DNA of 64,000 nt from Candidatus Iainarchaeum sp. (GCA_017610175.1 JAFCCO010000001.1:64001-128000), one strand, 5' to 3'; shown: positions 37,323-47,423, numbered from the stretch's first letter. The notes: generated by a model not told the origin, from the sequence alone. Translations and numbers: made by a program.

Positions 37323-37908
37323 AATGCTCACTAATTATTGGTTTCAATTTTTCAAGCAACAAATCAAATTTGGTATATCCTGCTTTTGAATTAAAGTGCC
37401 CTGCATTTGGCACAAAATTTAATTTCACCCCAAGTTTTTTTGCTAGCTCCTCTCCGTTTCCAAGAGAAACATAGGGGTCTGTATCTGATTGGAAAACTTC
37501 AAAATAGCGGGCTTTATCTGTTATGGATTTCCATTCAAATGAAAAGCCACTGAAGCTGTTGTCTCGGTCATAATTTAAGATGGGGCGAACTCCAATCGGG
37601 GTTCCCACAAAAAAAGCCGCTTTAACGGGACTTTTCAATTTCTCCAATATTCGCAGTGCGAAAATTCCGCCCAAACTGTGCCCAATAAGAATGGTGTCTT
37701 TGCCAATATACTGTTTGTAATCTTTGAATACATCAAACCATTCGGTAATTTTTGCCGGAATTTTTGGAGGGGAAGGAAACTGTGGCACAAATACTGTGTA
37801 ACCCTGTTTCTCTAATTTTTCCTTTAACCAAGGAAACCAGTTTTCCTCTGGATAGCCCTCTGTTCCATGAAAAATAAATGCGTTCTTTATGCTAATCCTT
37901 TTTTGCAT
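37294..37908 (-). CDS. RBBP9/YdeN family alpha/beta hydrolase
   Basis: FIFHG...NWFPWL, GHSLGG, DPYV and AGHFN; start at ATG 37908, 4 nt after tRNA-Leu. Confidence 0.92.
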   Translation of the reverse strand: MQKRISIKNAFIFHGTEGYPEENWFPWLKEKLEKQGYTVFVPQFPSPPKIPAKITEWFDVFKDYKQYIGKDTILIGHSLGGIFALRILEKLKSPVKAAFFVGTPIGVRPILNYDRDNSFSGFSFEWKSITDKARYFEVFQSDTDPYVSLGNGEELAKKLGVKLNFVPNAGHFNSKAGYTKFDLLLEKLKPIISEHYAGKGKAIC

Positions 37909-37911
37909 CAA

Positions 37912-37995
37912 TGCAGGGGGGAGGATTCGAACCCCCGAAGGCACTAAGCCACCAGGCCCTGAACCTGACTCCTTTGACCGCTCGGAAACCCCTGC
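37912..37995 (-). tRNA. tRNA-Leu(CAG)
   Basis: GCAGGGG acceptor; loop TT-CAG-GG; long variable arm GGCTTAGTGCC; A73. Confidence 0.95.
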
Positions 37996-38051
37996 GTTGC
38001 TTAATTTTTCTTGGTTGAAAGAGTTTATAAATTTCCTTGTAATTGAAAAAG

Positions 38052-38123
38052 CGTCCCCGCCGGGAATTGAACCCGGGTCGCAAGCTCCGCAAGCTTGTAT
38101 GCTATCCACTACACTACAGGGAC
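38052..38123 (-). tRNA. tRNA-Arg(GCG)
   Basis: GTCCCTG acceptor; CAAGC-TT-GCG-GA-GCTTG arm; G73. Confidence 0.93.
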
Positions 38124-38154
38124 TTCTATAAATCAATTCGGCGGCGCAAACTAT

Positions 38155-39144
38155 TTAATTAGAACTTTTTGGTTCGGCCTCTTTAGGGGGAAGCAGTTTT
38201 TGAAGCAAGGCAGCGTAAATCATTGAAAGCGGCACCATTATGAAGTTGCCCACAAGCGAGAACCCCGCTATGAGGATGAGTCCGAAGAAAACCCAGATGA
38301 ATTGCTCCATTGTCTTGATTCCGGGGATTGAGTTCTTGGCCATTTGGGTCAATTGCTTTGTGTCAATTTCCTGCCGGTTGCTTTCCAGCTGGCTTTTTAC
38401 AAGTTCCTTAAAGCTTGGCTTGTAGAGCTCCTCCCTTAAAAGCAAAAGGCTCTGGAAGAACAGCACCGCATTCGGGTCTTCACTGTCCCCGAGCGCTGTA
38501 AATGTTGGCATTGATGTTATCTGCTCAACCTGTGCCTGCTGGCTTCTGACCAATGATTCCGCGACCGCATCAGTTACCTTCCCCTGCAGGTTCTGTCCCT
38601 CAAGAACCGGCTCAAGGAAAGCTGTTTCAAGATTTTCAATAAACTCTTCCTGCTGGGGCATGATGTACATTGCGGAGAGCACAATTAGGCTGATGTTTAT
38701 GAGCATAAGGCTTTTTTTGAATGCTGAGGACGTTGCCCTTGCGGCCACCCATTTCTTCAGCTCCGCGTGCTTGAGTGAGGCTGTTCCAACCATTAGCGGA
38801 ACCGAGATTACGTAAGCCACTTGCAGCACAAGAAACTGCTGGAATTGCGCAAAAATAAGGTTTGGGATTGCAAGCGCAATTACTGTGGCTGAGGTTGCAA
38901 GCAGAATTGCCTTCATCTTCTCCGCCTTTTTGCTGAGTAGGGAAATAAGTGCAATCGGGAGCGGTGCAGCTACCACAAAGAGAATGAACTGAATGCTTGA
39001 AACTATTTCAAAGGCTTTCTCCATCTTTAGGCCAAACAAATCCGGAACGCCAACCGCCGGCGCAAAAAGCATTGCCGCAAGCAAAGTTGTTACCGCGATT
39101 GCCGCAAAAAAAACCTGTTCCTCTCTTGTTGGCCTAAACTCCAT
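38155..39144 (-). CDS. Hypothetical membrane protein (about 5 N-terminal TMs, helical soluble domain, C-terminal TM)
   Basis: 329-aa ORF; hydropathy judged by eye. Confidence 0.75.
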   Translation of the reverse strand: MEFRPTREEQVFFAAIAVTTLLAAMLFAPAVGVPDLFGLKMEKAFEIVSSIQFILFVVAAPLPIALISLLSKKAEKMKAILLATSATVIALAIPNLIFAQFQQFLVLQVAYVISVPLMVGTASLKHAELKKWVAARATSSAFKKSLMLINISLIVLSAMYIMPQQEEFIENLETAFLEPVLEGQNLQGKVTDAVAESLVRSQQAQVEQITSMPTFTALGDSEDPNAVLFFQSLLLLREELYKPSFKELVKSQLESNRQEIDTKQLTQMAKNSIPGIKTMEQFIWVFFGLILIAGFSLVGNFIMVPLSMIYAALLQKLLPPKEAEPKSSN

Positions 39145-39216
39145 TCCAATCGTAATTCTAAGCGCTGAACTTGTTTATTAGGCTTGCGCCCGCATTCATT
39201 ATGTAGAAGTCGGGGC

Positions 39217-40125
39217 TTATTTTACGAGGGGCTCAACCTTTCCGTCGTGAATAATAATTGAGTTCTCGCTTTGGGTAACGATTTTTCCGTCCTCTTCCTT
39301 TAGAATTGGATGCGCCTTGATGCACTTTGCTTTCATAAGTTCGCGCATTGCAATTTTTCTCTGGAAGTCGTTGAGCTTCAGGCCATCATCAATCCATCTT
39401 TCCGCAAACGGGAGTGTCTGGAAGTTTTCAAGCACATACTCCAAAACCTTTCTTGCGTGGGAATTCCTAACCTGCTTTGGCTCGTCGATTTCAAAAATTT
39501 CAGACTGCTGGGTCTGCTTTACAAAGCCCTCCCCGTTTGTTGCAAACGGCTCGATTGCATAGGCCCCGTCTTCCAAAACCCGGTCGTCGTTGTTTTCAAT
39601 GTTTGGGATGCTTGGAGCTGCGTGGGTAATGTACCTTTGCAGGCCGTGGCCTGTAAGGTTTTGAATCGGGTTGAATCCCTTGCTTTTAATTGCTTTCTCT
39701 ATTTCCGCTCCAATCTTTCCAATTTCCGCACCCGGCTTGGCAATGCTCAAAGCGTTTTCCAGCGCAAGCTCTGACGCCTCAATAAGCTTTGCCCATTCAT
39801 TGCTTGGGTTAATTGTAAAAGAGGCGTCTGCGATGTATCCGTCCACATGAACCCCCATGTCAATCTTCAAAACGTCCTTTTCTTCAAAAACCGTTTCATC
39901 GCCTTTTCCAGGCGCATAGTGGGCTGCGTTCTCGTTCAGGCTCAAGTTTGTTGGGAAAGCAAGCCCTGCTTTTCCCTCAGATGATAGGTCTTTGACTGCT
40001 TTTTCAACTTTTAAAGCAATATCAAGTAGTTTTTTGCCTGGAACGGCTTCTTTTCTCGCTTTTTTCTGCAATTTTCCAAGAATAGAGCCTGCTTTTAGGT
40101 ATTTTTTCACTTCTTCCGATTCCAT
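39217..40125 (-). CDS. map: Methionine aminopeptidase type II
   Basis: AFP.N.S.N..AAHY, D.GVHVDGYIAD, NLTGH, AIEPF and the type II insert RTLPF-like (QTLPFAERW). Confidence 0.96.
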   Translation of the reverse strand: MESEEVKKYLKAGSILGKLQKKARKEAVPGKKLLDIALKVEKAVKDLSSEGKAGLAFPTNLSLNENAAHYAPGKGDETVFEEKDVLKIDMGVHVDGYIADASFTINPSNEWAKLIEASELALENALSIAKPGAEIGKIGAEIEKAIKSKGFNPIQNLTGHGLQRYITHAAPSIPNIENNDDRVLEDGAYAIEPFATNGEGFVKQTQQSEIFEIDEPKQVRNSHARKVLEYVLENFQTLPFAERWIDDGLKLNDFQRKIAMRELMKAKCIKAHPILKEEDGKIVTQSENSIIIHDGKVEPLVK

Positions 40126-40171
40126 TCTGCATTCACCTTTAAAACATCTTTTCCTTGGAAAGGGTTAAAAA

Positions 40172-40924
40172 TCAGCGCTTTGAGGAAGCTACTGCAAGCA
40201 CTATAAGTGCCAGGGCAACGACCGCAATTAGGTTAATTTCGGGAATTGCAAACAGTGATGACCTTACTTGTGCAACAATAAATGAGGTTGTTTTTACGTT
40301 TCCAACCGGTGTATCTGCACAGCCTGTTTCCGAGAATGAAACCCCGCTAATTTGGGCGCTTGTGTCATACCTTCCCTCTGTGTTAAGCACTTCGCTTGTG
40401 CATGCAAAGCTTGCCGAACTGTTTGCAAGAATTGTATTCGGGCCTGCCGGTGCCGGGCAGTTAAAGGTGGTAAATCCATCCTGGAAAATTATTCTAAAGT
40501 CAATTGTAAAGTCTGTGACGTCGCAGCTGTTGTCGTTTTGAATTGTTGCAATAAGGGTTGTGGTGGTTCCCGGCTCAACCAAAGCAGGGCTTGCCCTTAA
40601 TTCGTCTATTACAACGTCGTTTGCCCCGCTGTCCCCCAAAAATCCTGCAAGGAACTTGAACATTAGTTCGCTCTGCGAATCCCCTGTTGGTGTGTCGCCC
40701 GCCGGAAGCGGGTCGGGGGATGGTTTCAATCCTATGTCTATTAGCATTCCAGCCCTTCCTGCGGTTTGGTAGGATGTTGGGGTTGCCCCTGTTCCGACAT
40801 CAATCGCGTAATAGAAACTTGTCCCTTCCGTCATTCCAATTGTTGTTGGGTCGTCAATTGCGGCACTTGCTCCGCTGCAAATTAGGGTTAAGAAAAGAGC
40901 CAGGGTGGTGAGTTTTTTTATCAC
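40172..40924 (-). CDS. Secreted protein with an Ig/CARDB-like domain and a C-terminal IPEIN-TM-KR sorting-type tail
   Basis: GTG start at 40924 with a signal peptide ending ...SGASA; ends FAIPEINLIAVVALALIVLAVASSKR. Confidence 0.75.
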   Translation of the reverse strand: MIKKLTTLALFLTLICSGASAAIDDPTTIGMTEGTSFYYAIDVGTGATPTSYQTAGRAGMLIDIGLKPSPDPLPAGDTPTGDSQSELMFKFLAGFLGDSGANDVVIDELRASPALVEPGTTTTLIATIQNDNSCDVTDFTIDFRIIFQDGFTTFNCPAPAGPNTILANSSASFACTSEVLNTEGRYDTSAQISGVSFSETGCADTPVGNVKTTSFIVAQVRSSLFAIPEINLIAVVALALIVLAVASSKR

Positions 40925-40934
40925 TTGATTCCCC

Positions 40935-43900
40935 CTATGGGTAGAACGAAACATTTATTGTTTCGTTCGCTCCTGCCGGATCAATTGTGACTTGCGCGAT
41001 GTACTGTGCTCCCGGGACAAGCAGGCAACCTGAAAGGGAATAATTTAGTATTCCATCGCTTATTGTTGTTGTTATTGGGTTTGATGCACAGCTTCCTCCC
41101 GGCGTGATGTCAATGAATATTTCTGCGGTGCTGTTTATTGGCTGTTTTGTTGCCTTGTCAAGAATGAACGCTCCGATTGCAATTGTTGTTGGAACCGCTG
41201 TGCCACCTCCTGGGCCTCCGCCTCCGAAGTTCTGGAATACGGAGTTGCTGCACTGTACAACTGGCGAACTGCTTGAGGCAACCACGTTAAATACCTGTGA
41301 TGCCGTTCCGGAGTCTATGTAACTGCAGGTTCCTGTTGCCTGCAGGCTGTTGACCGTTGCGGTTGTGCTTGTTCCGTTCCCGCAGTTTATGTTAACAGTT
41401 GTTCCGTTTGGAACGGCGCCAACAAAGTCAGCGGTTATTGTTGAATTGAATGCTGTTGAGTCGTGTGTTGCAGGGTTTGGTGTCAGGCTGCAGCTTATTG
41501 AGCCAGGAGCCCCACAACTGTGCTGCGACCACGCCAGTGCGGTTGTCATGTTAATCTTTCCCGGGTCGCTTGCCGAGCCTGTGATAAGGGTTCCTGCGTT
41601 TGAGAATGTTTCAAACGTTCCGGTGACCTCCAGTTGGCAGGTTTCAAGTGTTAGCGCCTGTCCTGTGTTTTCAATTTTGGTGTCTTTGAATATTGCAGGG
41701 TGGCTTGAGTCCCCCTTATTTGCCACTGAGAGCGGCTCGTCCCAGTTTGCCTCTATGGATTCGCTGTTTTTCATTCCCTCGATGTAAATGCCGTAGCTTT
41801 GGCTTACCGGGTTCACAACCTCTATTTTTATCAGGCTGTTTGTCGGGTCGTCAATTGTTTCATTGTCATTTAACCTTATCCTGCTGTTGACCATTTTCAG
41901 GTAATCCTGAATTATTATGTTTCCCCTGGTAAGTATTTGGCTGTCTGCCATTTCAAGCGCGCCTGCGTGAATCCATCTTATGTCATTGCCGTGGTTGCCG
42001 CCCCAGCTGTTTGTCAGGTCTGCGTTGGTAAGGCTCATTAGGCCTGATATTTCTATTGCCCCGTATTTGCTTGGGTCGGAGTTTGTTGAATTGTATGTAA
42101 GGTCATGGAACTGTGCATTGTTTACAAAGAATTCGTTTGCATAAATTCCCACCCATGCATTGTCATGTATAAGGTCGTCTGTGATTGCCGTTCCTGTGAA
42201 TGTAATGCGCCCGTTTATTGCCCTTAGCGGACCCCACAGTGTTCTAAGCTCTGATCGCGTGAATGTGATGTCTCCGAGTGCGCTTTCAACGCTTGTAATG
42301 TATCCGGTTGTCCCGTCTACCAATACGTCTTCAAACAAAATGTCTCCGCTTGCGTAAATCCTGCCGTTTGAAATTGCCCAGAGTGAATGCCTTCTCCCTG
42401 TTTCTGCGCCCCTTTTGACTGTAAGGTTTCCGTTCATTACTTCAATGTCTTTTGAGTAGTATGTTGCGTAGTTTGAGGGGTATCGTCCTACAATCAATGC
42501 GTTTCCGTTTGAAAGGCGAATTGGCGCCGGCTTGTTGAAATGGATTTCCGAAGTGTCCATGGTCCATGAATCCGTTCCTGCAACACCGTCAATAAAAATT
42601 CCCGCTCCCGCCGCGTTTAAGTGGTTGGAGTTTGAAATCAATGCGGCATTGCTTAGGTTGAATTTTCCGCCGTTTGTGGTTTCTATTTTTTCAAAGTACA
42701 TTGTGGACTGGCCGTTGCTTGGGCCTTTTCCACTTATTGAAATGTCTCCTGAAGCGTTTAGCTTGCAGTGCTGGTCTCCATTGCAGTAAAGGTTTGAGTT
42801 TGTCATATTGACCTGGTTTGCTGCAAAGCTTGCTTTCCCGTGAATTTCTGTTGTTGTAAGGTTCATTGCCCCTCCAACATCAACAAGGCCGTCGACATAA
42901 TAGATTCTCTTGTTTTGCAGGGTAAGGTCTCCGCCAACTGTTATATTGTTGAATCTGGAGTTTGCCACAATTCCTGCATCCGACTGGTAGGTGGGGCCTG
43001 TGATTTCAAAGTTTCCGCCAACTATTATATCTCCGTTTCTGAAGTCATTTAGCCTGGAGTATCTTCCAAGAATTTTGAAGTCGTTTGAAACGTCAATGTT
43101 TCCGTTTCGCATGTTAATTATTTGGGTCCATGCATTTGGCCCTGTGTTGTTGAGTGTGAGGTTTCTTGCCTTTATTCCGGTTATCCATTCGTCCGCCCCA
43201 TAAAGGTATGCGTCACCTGTGCTTTCCTGCTTGAGTTCAATGTCTCCCCTTATTCCGCCTGCATCTGCGTTCACCGGACCGCTTATGTGGTAAATGTACG
43301 CTTCTCCACTGGATTTTGTGTGAAGCGTGATGTTTCTTGCGGTAATCCCATCGATGTATGCTCCCGATTCTCCCCGCATGTACACTGTTCCGGTGTTTTC
43401 TGCCAGAAGCTCGATGGTTCCAGCGACATTTATTGCCCCGCTTATGTTGTGGATGTTTGCCTGGTGGTTTCCTATGGACCAGAGCTTTAGGTTGTTTGCG
43501 GTAATTCCCGTAATTCTGCTGTCGCCCCTTACATATGCGTGGTGCGGCCCGCCTTTGACCAGAATGTCACCGCTTATTTCCATTGGGCCTGCAAGGTAGT
43601 AAATGTATGTGTCGCCGTTTGCCGGTGCTGTTGCCGAATCAATTGTAAAATTTCCGTTGTTTGTTGTTTTGATGTGGCCGTTTATTCGGTTGTCCGGGAT
43701 GTATGACCCGTTTTTGATTGTAATATCTCCTGCAACATCCATGTCGCCGCGCAGCCTGAGAATTGATGTTCTGCCTGCCATGGTGCTTTCCATTGTGAAC
43801 GAGCCTGCTTTGATATATTTTATATCATCCAAAACTGCTCCGTTAAGAACCTTAAGGTCTCCTTGAATATCAATTTCACACTGTTGGGCTGCGGTTGCTT

Positions 43901-44435
43901 GGCAGCGCAAGTCTGCTTGGTGGTTTACTCCGCGGGAATCAATTGTAATGTTGGTAACGGTTTCCTTGCCGCCTTCAGGCACAAATTTTAATCTGTTGTT
44001 TGAACCGCCCCAATCAGCGCGAAGATAGGTTTGGTCACTTCTTGTGCTGAATTTTTCAACAGAAAGGTTCCATTCAATTCCTGAGCCAATTGCCGGCCCG
44101 ATAAAATTTACAACATTGTTTGTTGCTGTTTCCACATTTGGGGAGAGGTTTGACGCTGCGCCCTTTGCAGTGTCGTCAGTAATATACCAGTCAACCTTTG
44201 TGACTCCGCCAAGCGGGGCAGTGCTCCAGAAACTGTCAATGTCTGTCTGGGTAATTCTTGTTGCGGCAGTGTTCCTATTGTTGATTACAACACATTCAAG
44301 TGTTGCTCCGCCGTCCTTTGTGTTGCACAAATCACAGAATGTTCCCCAGCAGCTTGCGTTTGCTGACTGGAAAAAAGCAAGAATTAAAAGCAAGGTAAAC
44401 AAGTACTGAAACTTCATCAAAACACTCTTTGGCAT
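40935..44435 (-). CDS. Large secreted beta-solenoid (adhesin-like) protein, 1166 aa
   Basis: Signal peptide; Asn/Gly/Ile/Thr-rich with imperfect repeats (RITGITANNLKL, YIDGITARNITL, WITGIKARNLTL); paired-Cys C-terminal domains. Confidence 0.8.
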   Translation of the reverse strand: MPKSVLMKFQYLFTLLLILAFFQSANASCWGTFCDLCNTKDGGATLECVVINNRNTAATRITQTDIDSFWSTAPLGGVTKVDWYITDDTAKGAASNLSPNVETATNNVVNFIGPAIGSGIEWNLSVEKFSTRSDQTYLRADWGGSNNRLKFVPEGGKETVTNITIDSRGVNHQADLRCQATAAQQCEIDIQGDLKVLNGAVLDDIKYIKAGSFTMESTMAGRTSILRLRGDMDVAGDITIKNGSYIPDNRINGHIKTTNNGNFTIDSATAPANGDTYIYYLAGPMEISGDILVKGGPHHAYVRGDSRITGITANNLKLWSIGNHQANIHNISGAINVAGTIELLAENTGTVYMRGESGAYIDGITARNITLHTKSSGEAYIYHISGPVNADAGGIRGDIELKQESTGDAYLYGADEWITGIKARNLTLNNTGPNAWTQIINMRNGNIDVSNDFKILGRYSRLNDFRNGDIIVGGNFEITGPTYQSDAGIVANSRFNNITVGGDLTLQNKRIYYVDGLVDVGGAMNLTTTEIHGKASFAANQVNMTNSNLYCNGDQHCKLNASGDISISGKGPSNGQSTMYFEKIETTNGGKFNLSNAALISNSNHLNAAGAGIFIDGVAGTDSWTMDTSEIHFNKPAPIRLSNGNALIVGRYPSNYATYYSKDIEVMNGNLTVKRGAETGRRHSLWAISNGRIYASGDILFEDVLVDGTTGYITSVESALGDITFTRSELRTLWGPLRAINGRITFTGTAITDDLIHDNAWVGIYANEFFVNNAQFHDLTYNSTNSDPSKYGAIEISGLMSLTNADLTNSWGGNHGNDIRWIHAGALEMADSQILTRGNIIIQDYLKMVNSRIRLNDNETIDDPTNSLIKIEVVNPVSQSYGIYIEGMKNSESIEANWDEPLSVANKGDSSHPAIFKDTKIENTGQALTLETCQLEVTGTFETFSNAGTLITGSASDPGKINMTTALAWSQHSCGAPGSISCSLTPNPATHDSTAFNSTITADFVGAVPNGTTVNINCGNGTSTTATVNSLQATGTCSYIDSGTASQVFNVVASSSSPVVQCSNSVFQNFGGGGPGGGTAVPTTIAIGAFILDKATKQPINSTAEIFIDITPGGSCASNPITTTISDGILNYSLSGCLLVPGAQYIAQVTIDPAGANETINVSFYP

Positions 44436-44571
44436 TTATTACTGTAACCTATATTCTTCACAGCTTTCTACTATTTAAACATTATCACCGTCGTCTGGTT
44501 GGTTTCCATTGCGGGCTTAAGTATAAATACAACCTTCGCAGTTTAATATTCAGGATTTTCTGGTGATTTGA

Positions 44572-44952
44572 ATGTTTGAAGATTATGATGTTTCAAAAAT
44601 TGTTCTTGTAATAGTTGCGGTTTTTGCAATTGTTGCAATTGCATTTTTTGTTTTGTCCCCGCAGCCGGAGCCTTTGCCTCCTGCGGGAAACGGTGGCACA
44701 CTTCCCCCTGCGGAACCTCCGGTAGAACCTCCAATTGAACCGCCAGTTGAGCCCCCGGTAGAACCGCCGGTGGAGCCGCCTGTTGAACCTGCTGCTGAAA
44801 CACAACTCGATGTCAACGGACCGGGCGAGGCTGCTGCTCCCGTCGAACCTGTAATGGGTGATTCGGATGAATTCCTCCCTGACTTTGAGGTTGAGGACTT
44901 CCAGGATACGCCAGAGGACGCTCCTCCTGCAGGCGAAGAATCAATAGATTAA
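44572..44952 (+). CDS. Membrane-anchored Pro/Glu-rich acidic protein
   Basis: N-terminal TM, (EPPV)n repeat, acidic tail; GGTGA RBS upstream. Confidence 0.8.
   Translation: MFEDYDVSKIVLVIVAVFAIVAIAFFVLSPQPEPLPPAGNGGTLPPAEPPVEPPIEPPVEPPVEPPVEPPVEPAAETQLDVNGPGEAAAPVEPVMGDSDEFLPDFEVEDFQDTPEDAPPAGEESID
44713..44790 (+). repeat. Coding tandem repeat, about 6.5 x 12 bp (EPP[VI])
   Basis: GARCCNCCN(G/A)TN units with synonymous variation. Confidence 0.9.
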
Positions 44953-44956
44953 GTGC

Positions 44957-47350
44957 CTAGCCAAACGCGCCAAGCTTTGACTGCTTTCCACCCTGAATTA
45001 AGTCTTCCTTGCTGTAGCCTAGTTCACGCATTATTTTGATTACTGCCGGAATTACCTGGTGCGAAATGTAATAGTCTGAGTCGTAATTCCCTTCCTCAAC
45101 ATACTCTTCAAGCATGGCTTTGTCACTGATGCTTTTTCCACGCTTTGTGATTACATAGCTTATTACGCTTCCGGTTCCAAGTTCCTTTCCGCGCTGCACG
45201 GCTTTCTGTGCTGCCGCAACATGCGGCCCTATTGAATCGTATTTGTTAAGCGGTCTTTTCAGTATTGTCAAAACAACGAGTTCGCGTTTTGGGGTTTTTC
45301 CTCCCTTAAGATTCTTGATTGCATCCCTTACAATTTCCACTGCCTTGTCGGGATTTCCCTCCTCAAGGATTGCGGTAATTACGTTTCGCTGCGTTTCCTT
45401 TGCAATGTTTGACCAGTCGCGTCTCACATATTCAAAGCCGACAATTTTCAGGTTGTTCTGCCTGTCGATTAGCGCGTACTTTTTCTTTGCGCCCTCTCCC
45501 GATTCCTTGGTTACAAAAATTCCCCTCTTGAAAAATCCCTCAAGCTCAAGGTTCATTACCCCCGGAAGGGATGCATTAATTTCTTCAACAAATTTCTTAA
45601 CGTCCTCGTCGCTTTTGCCTTCCGGGATTTGCAGAAACGCGCTGTCTGTATCCCCATATAGCGCGTTGAAGCCGGACTTTTCCGCCTTGTCAATTACTCC
45701 CTTAACATACTGCCTGCTCCAGGCGGTTACCGCTGACGCGCACTCCCTTGAAAACCACCGGCTTCTAGCATAGCCAAGATAGCCGTAAAATGAGTTCATT
45801 AAAATCTTGAGGGCCTGCTGCCTTGCGTTGAGCAAAAGAGCGCCTTCCCCCTGCTTTCCAATTTCCTTGAGCTTCTTTTTGAGGTCCATTCTTGTTTCAA
45901 AAAGGTTTTTTAAAATTCCCGACAGAAAGCCTTCCTCTTTTGTGCAGAACTGCTGGTTGTTTGGCGAAACGTTTTCCCTGCATTCCCTGTGCCCGCAGTT
46001 TAAGTTTTCAGGGCTTATGTTGTGGGAAATCATTATGCTTGGGTGAAGCGATGAAAAGTCCAGAACCGCAAGGTTTTCGTGAAGCCCTGGGGTTGGTTCT
46101 TTTACGTAGCCCCCCACAAAGCTTTGCATTATGCGCTGGCTTGTTTCCTCGTCGGTTGGTCTGTTTGGAACAACCTTCCCCTCAAGAAAAGCCTTGTTCA
46201 TCAGCAGGTATTCAATGAGGAGCGAGGCGCTGCTTCTGCTTGTTTCGAAAAGTGTCTGCTTAACAAGCTTGGAGAGCTCCATGATTAGGGGGGCGTACTG
46301 CATTGCAATTTTGAGCGTAACGCTTGAGTCTGCAATGCAGTATTCGGCAAGCCTTTCAAGCCCTTCTCCTTTCTCCCAAATTTCGTTAATTTCCTCGGCC
46401 CTGATTTTTTCCTTTTCATTCCCGAAAAGTGAGAACGCAACTGACTCCAGGTCAAACTTTATCAGGTTCACAACCCCGAACCGGTTCAGGAAGCGAAGCA
46501 TTTGGTATACATCCAGGTGCTGCATTCCGTGCAGCCTTACATGGGTATCGCGCCCTCCCTTCTTTACCGAGAAGGATTCGTTGGCAGGGTAAAACTTTGG
46601 CTTGATTCCCAGCGTCTTGCACCGCTCTTTTATGTAGGGCAGGTCAAAGCGGTCTCCGTTGTATGTGGCCAGCACATCAATTTTTTCCTGTGCAAGCAGT
46701 TTGAAAAACGCGCGAAGCGTTTTTTCCTCGCTTTCAAAAACCTCAACATTCTTTGCGCCCTGCAGCTTGCCGTTGTAGGTAAGGAGCTTCTCCCCTTTTG
46801 CCGAAACAAACGAAATCATTAGGACCGGGTCGCGCTTTGCGTCGCTGAATCTTCCGGGGGAAAGTGTTTCAATGTCGAACGCCGCAAAGTTAAATTCTTC
46901 GCCCTGCACTTTTGCTGCCTTAACTTCCTTAATTTCGTCCCCTTCAACCGCAAGCTCAATTCCAAAGGTTGGCTCAAGCTGCTTGTCAATTAAGTAGCGT
47001 TTTGAAAATGGAACGTCGTATTCAAATGCCGCAAAAACAGTCGGGAGCGAACGGATTTCCTTTCTTGCATCCTTCAATTCTGAAACGTTTTTGAATTCAA
47101 CTTTCAAAAGGTCGTTCTTTGCTTCGCTTACCCTGAATGCTTTTGAGCCCTCCCCGAAAACCGCCTTGCTTATTTCTGCAGCTGCCTTTTTTGGGTCCTC
47201 CGCCTTTACATGGAAATAGGGATAGAATGAGGGGTCGTGAAAGATAAGGACTTTGCCCCCTGACTTGACAAAAAGCCTTATTACCGAGCCATTTACCTTT
47301 TCTTCATAGTCTGCATCTAATAAAAGCCCTTTTACTCTCTTTTCTTCCAT
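44957..47350 (-). CDS. polB: Family B DNA polymerase
   Basis: Exo motifs FDIET, YNGDRFD and YCIAD; polymerase motifs DFSSLHPS, KILMNSFYGY and YGDTDS; C-terminal PIP box QSKLGAF. Confidence 0.96.
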   Translation of the reverse strand: MEEKRVKGLLLDADYEEKVNGSVIRLFVKSGGKVLIFHDPSFYPYFHVKAEDPKKAAAEISKAVFGEGSKAFRVSEAKNDLLKVEFKNVSELKDARKEIRSLPTVFAAFEYDVPFSKRYLIDKQLEPTFGIELAVEGDEIKEVKAAKVQGEEFNFAAFDIETLSPGRFSDAKRDPVLMISFVSAKGEKLLTYNGKLQGAKNVEVFESEEKTLRAFFKLLAQEKIDVLATYNGDRFDLPYIKERCKTLGIKPKFYPANESFSVKKGGRDTHVRLHGMQHLDVYQMLRFLNRFGVVNLIKFDLESVAFSLFGNEKEKIRAEEINEIWEKGEGLERLAEYCIADSSVTLKIAMQYAPLIMELSKLVKQTLFETSRSSASLLIEYLLMNKAFLEGKVVPNRPTDEETSQRIMQSFVGGYVKEPTPGLHENLAVLDFSSLHPSIMISHNISPENLNCGHRECRENVSPNNQQFCTKEEGFLSGILKNLFETRMDLKKKLKEIGKQGEGALLLNARQQALKILMNSFYGYLGYARSRWFSRECASAVTAWSRQYVKGVIDKAEKSGFNALYGDTDSAFLQIPEGKSDEDVKKFVEEINASLPGVMNLELEGFFKRGIFVTKESGEGAKKKYALIDRQNNLKIVGFEYVRRDWSNIAKETQRNVITAILEEGNPDKAVEIVRDAIKNLKGGKTPKRELVVLTILKRPLNKYDSIGPHVAAAQKAVQRGKELGTGSVISYVITKRGKSISDKAMLEEYVEEGNYDSDYYISHQVIPAVIKIMRELGYSKEDLIQGGKQSKLGAFG

Positions 47351-47423
47351 ACGTAATATTTTTAAGCAGCAATAGTTATTTATAATTAGATTCCAGAAAC
47401 CAAAAGTAGGAAGTTAATTTTTT

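Noticed and set aside
37909-38136. N-terminal extension of the hydrolase ORF to 38136
   Set aside because: It reads through tRNA-Leu and tRNA-Arg; family similarity begins at ATG 37908.
44713-44790. CRISPR-like or VNTR array
   Set aside because: It is a 12-bp coding repeat with no spacers, and no cas genes are in the window.
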